NCBI GenBank assembly: GCA_023954635.1
Contig: JAGSHI010000004.1
Location: 1,028 to 65,027 of the forward strand
Source of the DNA: Bacteriovoracaceae bacterium
GTDB lineage: Bacteria; Bdellovibrionota; Bacteriovoracia; Bacteriovoracales; Bacteriovoracaceae
DNA length: 64,000 nt
Direction of reading: 5' to 3'
A program made the translations under genes and the position numbers. Positions within the stretch are counted from its first letter, which is position 1, and each line of letters opens with the position of its first letter. The notes under the pieces are model-generated. The model had not been told where the DNA came from and did no database searches. It saw only the letters and a list, made by a program, of their open reading frames with translations. Positions 26,520 through 34,306 of this stretch are shown here, in pieces.

Positions 26520-27169
26520 GGACTTGAAGTTTTAATAATAGAAACACTAGTTTTTCCATCTTTAAGCTTTTTATAATTTTGTTGGATAGAAGATTTACTA
26601 GAGAACCAAGTTTCATTTTCTTCATTAGAAAATTCTTTAATAGCGGCTTTATTTATAACTTTTTTAAATCCGGCACCTTTTAATTTCTTTGAATAATGTT
26701 TTATTGTTGGACTCATACTAAGATTAGAAACATGAGAAAACATTTCAACTTTAAAGCCATTAAATTCAATTACAACATCATTTATATTTACATTATTATC
26801 TAAAACTTTTTGCATGTCCTTAGCATCACTAGAAAAAGCTAAGCTGCCATTATTAGGAAGTTTAAGAAAATTAAAAATATAAATATTTTTATTCTTTTTA
26901 AAAAGGCCCATCCAGCCACTTTGGTTGGGGTAGACGCCCATAAACTTAGCGCCGTCATTTTCAATTTCAGAGACAATTGTAGAAAGGTCTTTATTTCCGA
27001 ATTGTTGAACAGCGATAGGAAGAGTTTTTTTGCCAAACGACATTTTTCCAAACTTTGTATGTTTCTTTAACAGACTCCAATCTTTCTTAAAATTGTCCAA
27101 GTTGGACGCTAAAGCGCCTCCAAAATAGGTTAAATTAAAAACGATAAATATAGCGAAACATCTTTTCAT
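26516..27169 (-). CDS. hypothetical secreted protein
   Basis: 217-aa ORF with signal peptide, convergent with and overlapping the AraC gene end by 4 nt. No family recognised. Confidence 0.5.
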   Translation of the reverse strand: MKRCFAIFIVFNLTYFGGALASNLDNFKKDWSLLKKHTKFGKMSFGKKTLPIAVQQFGNKDLSTIVSEIENDGAKFMGVYPNQSGWMGLFKKNKNIYIFNFLKLPNNGSLAFSSDAKDMQKVLDNNVNINDVVIEFNGFKVEMFSHVSNLSMSPTIKHYSKKLKGAGFKKVINKAAIKEFSNEENETWFSSKSSIQQNYKKLKDGKTSVSIIKTSSP

Positions 27170-27315
27170 GTAACTCCCACCGTATATTATCCAAAATTTT
27201 TAGCTGCTTTTGACTATGATTGAACACTTATTATCTTAATTTATGATTTGAGCAAGATGAGTCAAATCGGTGCTCTTTAAACATGTAGAATCAATCAACT
27301 TAAAAGGGTTATAAT

Positions 27316-28356
27316 ATGTTCACTAATAATGGAGATAACAATGAAAAAGGTTCTACCATTGTAGAATTTCTTTTTATGTTTCCAATATTCATTTTAGTTT
27401 GTCTATTTGTATTAGAGACAAGTTTTTCTTGGTCTGACAAGCATGTGGCTACCTTAGCAGCATATGAAGCAGCAAGATCTTTAAGCTTGGAAAATCTAGA
27501 CTCTGACCCATGTGATGGTGATCAACTACAGCAAGCGAGATACACGGCCATTAAAAGGTTAGCTTCAGTAGCTCCAACTACTGGACTTGTTTCAACTATG
27601 TTAGGAAAGGGGTCAATAACAGATAGTTTTACTGAAGCATTAGGTACTTCGACATTAAGTGCTCCACTAAAAAGGTTACTTCAAGGATTCGGAACAGCGG
27701 CTCTTTCCACAGATGTAACTTGTGTTTTTGATACAAATACAAATCAGATCAACTTAACATTAACGTACTATCGCATACCAAAACTTCCCCTCGTTGGAAA
27801 AGCTATGTTTCAAGCATATGCTCTGGCCGAAATGTTTAAAAGTACACCTCAAACTCCAGAAACAACAGACGATGAAAAAGTTGATGCCATGAAATCTGTT
27901 ATCACTCAAATTAATGAAAAAATGCTCACACTTGATATGGATCCATCACAGGTTTTAAATGTTCTTTCTCAAGTTAATGGCATGAGCGAAATGGTCAATA
28001 TAAAAAGTCTCATTTCTGATAATGTGTCTACCCTGCAGAGTGATCAAGTTGATATATTAAATAATGCTCTAGCTTCAATGGATCTTTCTCAAGAATTATT
28101 AAATCAAGAATTATTACTTAAAACATTTGTAAACGGTCTTCCTGATGCTCTTACTAGGATTCCAATGACTGTTGAAATATCATTTTTAAGAAAAAGATTT
28201 GACAACAATGCTTCTGTCGATGGAGACGCTTTAGTCTCTACAAGATGGAACGGAGATATCAAAGGTCTAATCAAAATCGATGGTGACTTTAGATCTTGGG
28301 GAAATGAAATGTCAGTTGATCACGGTTTTGATTATACAGAAAGTAGGGACCTATGA
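27316..28356 (+). CDS. tadE: TadE-like pseudopilin, unusually long (346 aa)
   Basis: N-terminus EKG/STIVEFLFMFPIFILVCLFVLE...AAYEAARS matches the TadE-like N-terminal domain, including a G/xxxxEF processing-type motif. Confidence 0.65.
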   Translation: MFTNNGDNNEKGSTIVEFLFMFPIFILVCLFVLETSFSWSDKHVATLAAYEAARSLSLENLDSDPCDGDQLQQARYTAIKRLASVAPTTGLVSTMLGKGSITDSFTEALGTSTLSAPLKRLLQGFGTAALSTDVTCVFDTNTNQINLTLTYYRIPKLPLVGKAMFQAYALAEMFKSTPQTPETTDDEKVDAMKSVITQINEKMLTLDMDPSQVLNVLSQVNGMSEMVNIKSLISDNVSTLQSDQVDILNNALASMDLSQELLNQELLLKTFVNGLPDALTRIPMTVEISFLRKRFDNNASVDGDALVSTRWNGDIKGLIKIDGDFRSWGNEMSVDHGFDYTESRDL

Positions 28357-29471
28357 AGTTTATAAATAATGACAAAGGTTCAAGCATTGTTGAATTTTTA
28401 ATCTTCGCTCCAATCACCGTGATGATTATGCTTTATGTTCACTCAGTTCATACACATATGGAATCTAGTCTAGGAGGTCAAATTCTTTCAAGAAACCTTT
28501 TAATGTTAGGAAATAAAGGAAAAGAGATCAATGAAAATTATCTTGATATCGTTCGAGGTAAAATGGTTAGCAACCTAGATCGATCTCTGTATGAATCAAC
28601 TCCAGAAAATGTAGTTAGATATAAAAAAGATCTTGTATTTGGAGATGGTATCATTGGCAAAATAACAGCTAATACAATTGATACTACTGATATAAAAACT
28701 GAAGAAACAACTTTATTATTTGGGAAAACGGCCACTGATCACGGAGATAAAGGTTCTGAAAGTGCCATTGATGTTAACTCATTGGCCATTAATCCTATTT
28801 TTACAAATCATTTAAAAATGGATCAAGTCATCTTTTCAACACCTCTTGATGAAGATAAAAATGGTATACAAAAATCAATATCATTTTTAAAAGATTACAA
28901 TCGTCAGGGAAAAGACGAATACATAAATCAACAAATCGATATTTATAATAACCTCTATTTGAGTGGTAATTCCGGCTATCATTCTAATGATGCCAACTCA
29001 ACTTCAATCCTAACCACTCAAGCTTCTGTGGGAGAAGACATTTGGGGTGACGATCAAGGTGGAGATTTTAGTAGAACAGTTTTCTTTGAAGATTATTGTT
29101 TAAACAACTCTACGGGAATTGGAAGTTGTGGAAACGTTGAATTTGTCTACCTTAGTATTATATTAAACGATTTTACCAGAAAGGTTTTTGAAGTAGCCTC
29201 TGCTAAAATCAATCTAGAAAATGTACTCGATCCCGTTGAGCTAACAACTGCTAATAGTTATATAAAGGCTCAAACAGAGACTGCTCTCACAAATATTGGA
29301 AGTACGTTTCTCACCGACTATGAAGCAGACTTTATGAGTAAAGTGGCCTTAGAAGGAGTAGAAGATCCTATAGCGGCTCTTAACTTTGAAACTGACACTG
29401 ATACAACTTTTGATAGAGCAACAGGTTGGATAGAGCCACTCGCTGGAAAGTTGAACTTTGAAATAGAGTAA
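28353..29471 (+). CDS. TadE/TadF-like pseudopilin, unusually long (372 aa)
   Basis: N-terminus NDKG/SSIVEFLIFAPITVMIMLYV. Start overlaps the upstream stop (ATGA). Confidence 0.6.
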   Translation: MKFINNDKGSSIVEFLIFAPITVMIMLYVHSVHTHMESSLGGQILSRNLLMLGNKGKEINENYLDIVRGKMVSNLDRSLYESTPENVVRYKKDLVFGDGIIGKITANTIDTTDIKTEETTLLFGKTATDHGDKGSESAIDVNSLAINPIFTNHLKMDQVIFSTPLDEDKNGIQKSISFLKDYNRQGKDEYINQQIDIYNNLYLSGNSGYHSNDANSTSILTTQASVGEDIWGDDQGGDFSRTVFFEDYCLNNSTGIGSCGNVEFVYLSIILNDFTRKVFEVASAKINLENVLDPVELTTANSYIKAQTETALTNIGSTFLTDYEADFMSKVALEGVEDPIAALNFETDTDTTFDRATGWIEPLAGKLNFEIE

Positions 29472-29481
29472 TCGGGAACAT

Positions 29482-31092
29482 ATGAGGATACCAAATTTAG
29501 TAGATGGAAGAACAATGAATGATAATAAAAAACAAAATATTCTAAAAAATGAAAGTGGAAATATTACTCTTTTCTTTTTACTTATTTCAGGACTTGTTTT
29601 TGGTTCTATCAATTATAGTCTCTACATGGGAAAAACAGTTGAAAGTAAAATAAAAACCCAAAACACAGCTGACTTTGCTTCTTATGAAATGGCCGCTCAT
29701 AATGCCGCGGGTTTAAATATGATGAGTACAAATAATTTGGCCATTGGAGCAGCTCTGCATGTCGCGGCCTCTACTAAATTTATTTCAAGATACAGGAGTA
29801 TTCTAACAGCTCTTTCATATGATAGTTCAGATGCAGCAAAGCTTGATCCTATAGTATTCTTAGGAGAGCACGATAAGATTTTTGCTGATTCTGCTAATAT
29901 TTTTGGAACCATGATAAAAAATGCCAAACACTTAACATCTTTAAATAAAAATATCGGAAAGAATTGGCTTAAAGTTGCGCTTCAAAGATCTGTTCAAAGC
30001 TATAGACTCAACTTACCTGGGGCGATTGGACTTCCAGTTCAAGGTGGCCGTGTTATCGGTGATGTTGATTTTAAATATCAACAACTAGCTGTAACTAATG
30101 CTAAAAATGCTTTTTGCCATACCATTAGATCATCTAGAAACATGGTTGATAGGAATAATGTGAAAAATTGGCTTAGTGAACCTGTAAACTCTTTAGGAAT
30201 TGATACGACTTTTTTAAATAAAATAGATAGCCTTGCAGAGAGAGCGACAAATACTGCCAATGAATTTCAAGAACAAATTAGAGCGGGTATATTAGCTAAA
30301 TCTGTAGACTATCAATCAAAATGCGCAAGTATGGGAAATAACGGCCAAAAAGATCCAGAACTACTGCTTTGGTGTAAAACATATGACTTTTGGAAAGTAG
30401 AAAACCCTGAAATTCCAGTTCCAGCATTTTCAGGCTGTGGTTTAAACTACGATGGAGATCTTGGAGAGCAATTGGAATACTTTGCCAATAACGAGACTCC
30501 TGTTGTTACTTTTTCAAATGGACAGCCAAGAATAAGATTATGTCACTCTCAGGGGGGCTCTTTCCAAACATTAGTACCGAGCAGTCCCGGTGTTATTGAT
30601 GGGCATTTAGAACATCATCCTAACGACTATTTGGGAACTTGTAGACCAGAAGGTGGTTCAGATGCTTCATATGATATTGGATTAGTTTTTCCAAATGTAC
30701 AAACAGCTGCTGAAGCTGATGCTTTTAAGGATTCTCTTGATATGGGAATCATGATAGTTAATGCCGGTCTAAAAGAAAATGAAATTCCAGATGCTTGTCC
30801 GACCGACATGAAAGACGATCTATATGGAAATTGTAGCATGAGCCTAAGGGGTGTGAACTTTTTTGGAGACGTTAATGACGAAAATAATGTTTGGGAAAGG
30901 TCGACTTGGGCCTTTGCTCAAACGAAAGCTTTCTACGACCCAAAAGATGACGATCCTGCAAGTGCTATAGTTTTACCACTTGAAGTTTCACCTGATAAAA
31001 TGAGAATGCAAATGTACTGGCCGTCTTGGGAATCATCACTTTCAACACCAACATTGCTACCAGAGGTCATCAATTCAATTAAAGGAAGCTAG
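29482..31092 (+). CDS. tadG: TadG-like protein (Tad N-terminal domain, 536 aa; alternative start 29515)
   Basis: NESGNITLFFLLISGLVFGSINYSLYMGKTVESKIKTQNTADFASYEMAAHNAA fits the TadG-like N-terminal TM + QxxADxAA pattern. Confidence 0.55.
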   Translation: MRIPNLVDGRTMNDNKKQNILKNESGNITLFFLLISGLVFGSINYSLYMGKTVESKIKTQNTADFASYEMAAHNAAGLNMMSTNNLAIGAALHVAASTKFISRYRSILTALSYDSSDAAKLDPIVFLGEHDKIFADSANIFGTMIKNAKHLTSLNKNIGKNWLKVALQRSVQSYRLNLPGAIGLPVQGGRVIGDVDFKYQQLAVTNAKNAFCHTIRSSRNMVDRNNVKNWLSEPVNSLGIDTTFLNKIDSLAERATNTANEFQEQIRAGILAKSVDYQSKCASMGNNGQKDPELLLWCKTYDFWKVENPEIPVPAFSGCGLNYDGDLGEQLEYFANNETPVVTFSNGQPRIRLCHSQGGSFQTLVPSSPGVIDGHLEHHPNDYLGTCRPEGGSDASYDIGLVFPNVQTAAEADAFKDSLDMGIMIVNAGLKENEIPDACPTDMKDDLYGNCSMSLRGVNFFGDVNDENNVWERSTWAFAQTKAFYDPKDDDPASAIVLPLEVSPDKMRMQMYWPSWESSLSTPTLLPEVINSIKGS

Positions 31093-31103
31093 GGATATTA
31101 AAA

Positions 31104-32114
31104 ATGATAAGTGAACCAAAATTTGCAGACTGGTGTGAAAATCTGTCTCAGTCTTTAGACTCGGGACTAGATATTAATTCTCATTTAGAATCAAGAGGTT
31201 CAATCTATAAAAATACTAAATACGATAGAAAAGTCTTAGCTAATATAAATACTGGTGAAAGACTATATCAAGCCATTGGTTATCCAAAATCTAATAACGC
31301 CACTTTCTACCAATCAATAATTAAAACCGGAGAAATCGCAGGACAGTTAACAGAAGTGTTAGCAGATCTTTCAGAATATATTCGTTTTAACGTAAAAATT
31401 AGAAAAGAAATCTACCGTCTCATTCTTATGTTTTTTTTAAAAATCATAGCCCTTGCCGCCTATTTAGGTGGTGCAATGATGATGCTTGAAGTTGTATCAA
31501 GAAAAAAGATTGATCTTTTAGGCCTAGGTCTTTACGGAGACGCTGGTGCCACAAAATTATTTCTTACTGCATGTGGTGGATCTGTAGCTCTTGCTCTTAT
31601 AGGCTACATATGTTTTAAAGCGATTAACTTAAAACCTGTTGAAAGTCTTTATCTTAAGCTACCATTACTTGGAAGATGCTTGCGAGCATTTGCCATGTTC
31701 CGTTTTACCTATGCTATGAAATTAGTTTTTAATACCGAAATGGGACTTAGAGAATCAGTTGAGTTAATCTATGGAGCGGCCGGAAGTAAAGTCATCAAGG
31801 GAAAATACAATAAAACTATAGAAGCTCTGGACGAAAGTAAATCATTTGCCGTTAGTTTAAGTACAAATAGTTATATTCCAGAAAATTTGATTAAATCAAT
31901 AGAGTTCGCTGAACGTGCCGGTAAGATTCCTGACGCCTCGGCTAGACTCTCTGTGCAATTTAAAGAAGAGGCAGAAAAGGCTTTTTATAAATTAAAAGAT
32001 TTCGTCAACCTGATGACTAAAATATTAATTTTTCTAGTTTGTGTTGGCTCTGTGGCCTCTTTGATGTGGCATGTAGCGGTTAAGCCTATGATCGAAGCGT
32101 TTAAAAATTTCTAA
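31104..32114 (+). CDS. two-domain GspF/PilC-like (T2SSF x2) inner-membrane platform protein
   Basis: Two T2SSF-like modules (LSQSLDSGLDINSHLE...TGERLYQAIG...IIKTGEIAGQLTEVLADLSEYI and MKLVFNTEMGLRESVELIYG...SKSFAVSLS...SIEFAERAGKIPDASARLS) separated by TM segments. Starts 11 nt after the tadG-like gene. Confidence 0.7.
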   Translation: MISEPKFADWCENLSQSLDSGLDINSHLESRGSIYKNTKYDRKVLANINTGERLYQAIGYPKSNNATFYQSIIKTGEIAGQLTEVLADLSEYIRFNVKIRKEIYRLILMFFLKIIALAAYLGGAMMMLEVVSRKKIDLLGLGLYGDAGATKLFLTACGGSVALALIGYICFKAINLKPVESLYLKLPLLGRCLRAFAMFRFTYAMKLVFNTEMGLRESVELIYGAAGSKVIKGKYNKTIEALDESKSFAVSLSTNSYIPENLIKSIEFAERAGKIPDASARLSVQFKEEAEKAFYKLKDFVNLMTKILIFLVCVGSVASLMWHVAVKPMIEAFKNF

Positions 32115-32446
32115 TTTTCTGCTTTACACTTGTAGGCTGTTGCATAAACCTTCCATTTGCCTTCAGCCATCACTTGTTTATCAAAAGATATTCCATCTCC
32201 ACCAGCTAGCGTTGCTAGATTCATGGCGTGGATTTGTGCTAAATCAACTCTATTTTCCATATTTACTCCCATAACCTTTTTAAGTTCTTTGCAATGAACT
32301 GGCACAGATTCCAAGAGTAGAGTTATTCTTTCAGCGTCTTTGCTTAGTTTAGTTTTTGAAGCTGAACAGGAAGTCGTTATAAATATAAAAATAATTAAAG
32401 TAGTATTTAGTATTGTAGAATTTTTCATAATAACTTTTCGGAACAT
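32111..32446 (-). CDS. small lipoprotein (DUF4156-like, tentative; start may be 32428)
   Basis: Lipobox ITTSC. C-terminal ...KVYATAYKC pattern resembles DUF4156 lipoproteins. Confidence 0.45.
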   Translation of the reverse strand: MFRKVIMKNSTILNTTLIIFIFITTSCSASKTKLSKDAERITLLLESVPVHCKELKKVMGVNMENRVDLAQIHAMNLATLAGGDGISFDKQVMAEGKWKVYATAYKCKAEN

Positions 32447-32580
32447 TTATTTCTAGCTATAGGTTTATTTCAAACGATTTTCTGTCTTACCCTGAGAGAT
32501 ATGTTTTTACAGCATCAGTAAAGTCTTTTGTACTCATATCTTTTTGTAATCACTAGCAGAGTTTGACTGTTCAACTTGCC

Positions 32581-32928
32581 TTAGAGGTTAACTTCACTTT
32601 TTAAAATATCATCGACCTTAGAAGCAAATATAAAATCGCTTTCAACAAGTCCGTTAATCTTATGAGTCCAAATCTCAATATCGAGATGACCAAAGCCTAT
32701 GGTAAGTTCGGGGTGATGCCATTGTTCATCAGCTAGTTTGGCAATTATATTTGCAATTTTCATTGGCTCGGCCATTTCTCTCAAATTTACTGAGCGTCTA
32801 ATCCGAGTATCCTCATGGGTGAGTGTCCAGTCCGAATGAATTTCTTTTAAAAAATTATTAATATCATTCAAGGGAAGTTTCGGAACTCCTCCTTGACAAG
32901 GGATGCAAGATTTACTTGAAAGTGACAT
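32581..32928 (-). CDS. phhB: 4a-hydroxytetrahydrobiopterin (pterin-4-alpha-carbinolamine) dehydratase
   Basis: 115 aa with C-x-P-C...G, W...HHPEL...W.TH motifs typical of the PCD/DCoH family. Confidence 0.85.
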   Translation of the reverse strand: MSLSSKSCIPCQGGVPKLPLNDINNFLKEIHSDWTLTHEDTRIRRSVNLREMAEPMKIANIIAKLADEQWHHPELTIGFGHLDIEIWTHKINGLVESDFIFASKVDDILKSEVNL

Positions 32929-33030
32929 TATCGTTCCTTCTTTTTTATATATTTGTCTCGTTATATATTGTTTTATTGTTCTAACATTTGTCTACTTTGA
33001 AAAGTCATTTTTAAGCGTTAGAATGAATCA

Positions 33031-33810
33031 ATGAAAACCTTCTTTCTTTCTCTTTATTTACTTCTTTTAAGTTCTTGTAGCTTCAAGTCTTTAGTGATGC
33101 CCAATCTACATTTCTTTATTGTTTCTCGAATTGATAAGAACCTCGGCCTCTATGGTGAACAAGAAATTGAAGTTAAAGCGGATATTCTAAAACTATTAAA
33201 AGAAGAAGTCTCTGTCGCAAAAGGGATATCTAATGACCTTCAGGATCTTAATCCAAAATCTTTTAATCCTGACAAAAAGTATGAAGTTCTTCAAAGTTAC
33301 TACAAACAAATAGGGTCCAAGGTAAATATAATCCTAGCAAAGCAGATTGCGAAATTTGATGACAAGCAAATCAAAAAATTCTTTAAAATAAGTCGAAAAC
33401 GAAATGACGAGATTGAAGAGAATATCAAAGATAGAGAGACGGAAGATTATTACGATCGTTATGAGTTTTTTCTAGATGATCTTAATCAAAAACAGAAAGA
33501 TCTCATTGCTAAAAATATAGGACTGTTTAAGAAACTCTCAAAACAACGACTAGAGAATAGACTTTCTACTCAGGCTGAAATGAAAGTACTCTTTAAAATT
33601 AAAGATATTAATGAAAGGCAGACTAAGATATTAGAGCTGTTTTCTAAGAGAATGTCCCTTCCTATGACAAAAGAGCGTAAGCAGGCTATCTCTCTTTTTG
33701 GCGATATTATAAAATCAATGGATAGTGAACAAATTAAGTATTTTCGAGAAAAACAGCAAAGTTGGCTTGAATGGTTAGACTATTATATTCAATACTTTTC
33801 CTCTAAGTAA
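33031..33810 (+). CDS. hypothetical lipoprotein (helical, Lys/Glu-rich)
   Basis: Lipobox LLSSCS. No family recognised. Confidence 0.5.
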   Translation: MKTFFLSLYLLLLSSCSFKSLVMPNLHFFIVSRIDKNLGLYGEQEIEVKADILKLLKEEVSVAKGISNDLQDLNPKSFNPDKKYEVLQSYYKQIGSKVNIILAKQIAKFDDKQIKKFFKISRKRNDEIEENIKDRETEDYYDRYEFFLDDLNQKQKDLIAKNIGLFKKLSKQRLENRLSTQAEMKVLFKIKDINERQTKILELFSKRMSLPMTKERKQAISLFGDIIKSMDSEQIKYFREKQQSWLEWLDYYIQYFSSK

Positions 33811-33815
33811 TTGTA

Positions 33816-34139
33816 TTACGAATCAGCAACGATTGCTTTAGCTGCCTCTAGGGCCATTACTAAATTTTCCCCATTCAGATTAAAACACTCAATGAGTATC
33901 ATCATGGCATCATTGTCAGAGTTTTCTAGGGCCGTCTTTAGGTTCATTAATTTATTAAAGAAATCGGGCTGAGTTTGCAGTTTACTGACAAAAAAATTGG
34001 TAGCAGTCTCAGCAACAGAATCATCTAGGTTTAGGATTATGGAGAGGGCCATTGCTGCCTCTTTGATTTTTCCGACTTGGACAAAAATGGCAAATTCTTT
34101 AAATGTAATTGTGCTTGTACTCATTGTTTCTCCATACAC
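33816..34139 (-). CDS. hypothetical small helical protein
   Basis: 107-aa ORF, no signal peptide, no family recognised. Confidence 0.35.
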   Translation of the reverse strand: MYGETMSTSTITFKEFAIFVQVGKIKEAAMALSIILNLDDSVAETATNFFVSKLQTQPDFFNKLMNLKTALENSDNDAMMILIECFNLNGENLVMALEAAKAIVADS

Positions 34140-34306
34140 ACTTATAAATGAATTTTATCACATCTTTTTGAAAATAATAAAAAAATAAAGCCATCTTGTT
34201 TGATTTTTTGTTTTTATAGAGTGTTTCTTTCAATTGTCCATACTAGCAGTTGACGCAACCTCATTTAGCTGACATCAAACACTATGCATTTAAAATCAGG
34301 AAACCA

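Noticed and set aside
32447-32580. A 16-codon minus-strand ORF (MSTKDFTDAVKTYLSG*) in the gap between the pterin dehydratase and the DUF4156-like lipoprotein genes.
   Set aside because: It is too short, has no RBS and has nothing to compare against. It may be a gene remnant, but I cannot support that.
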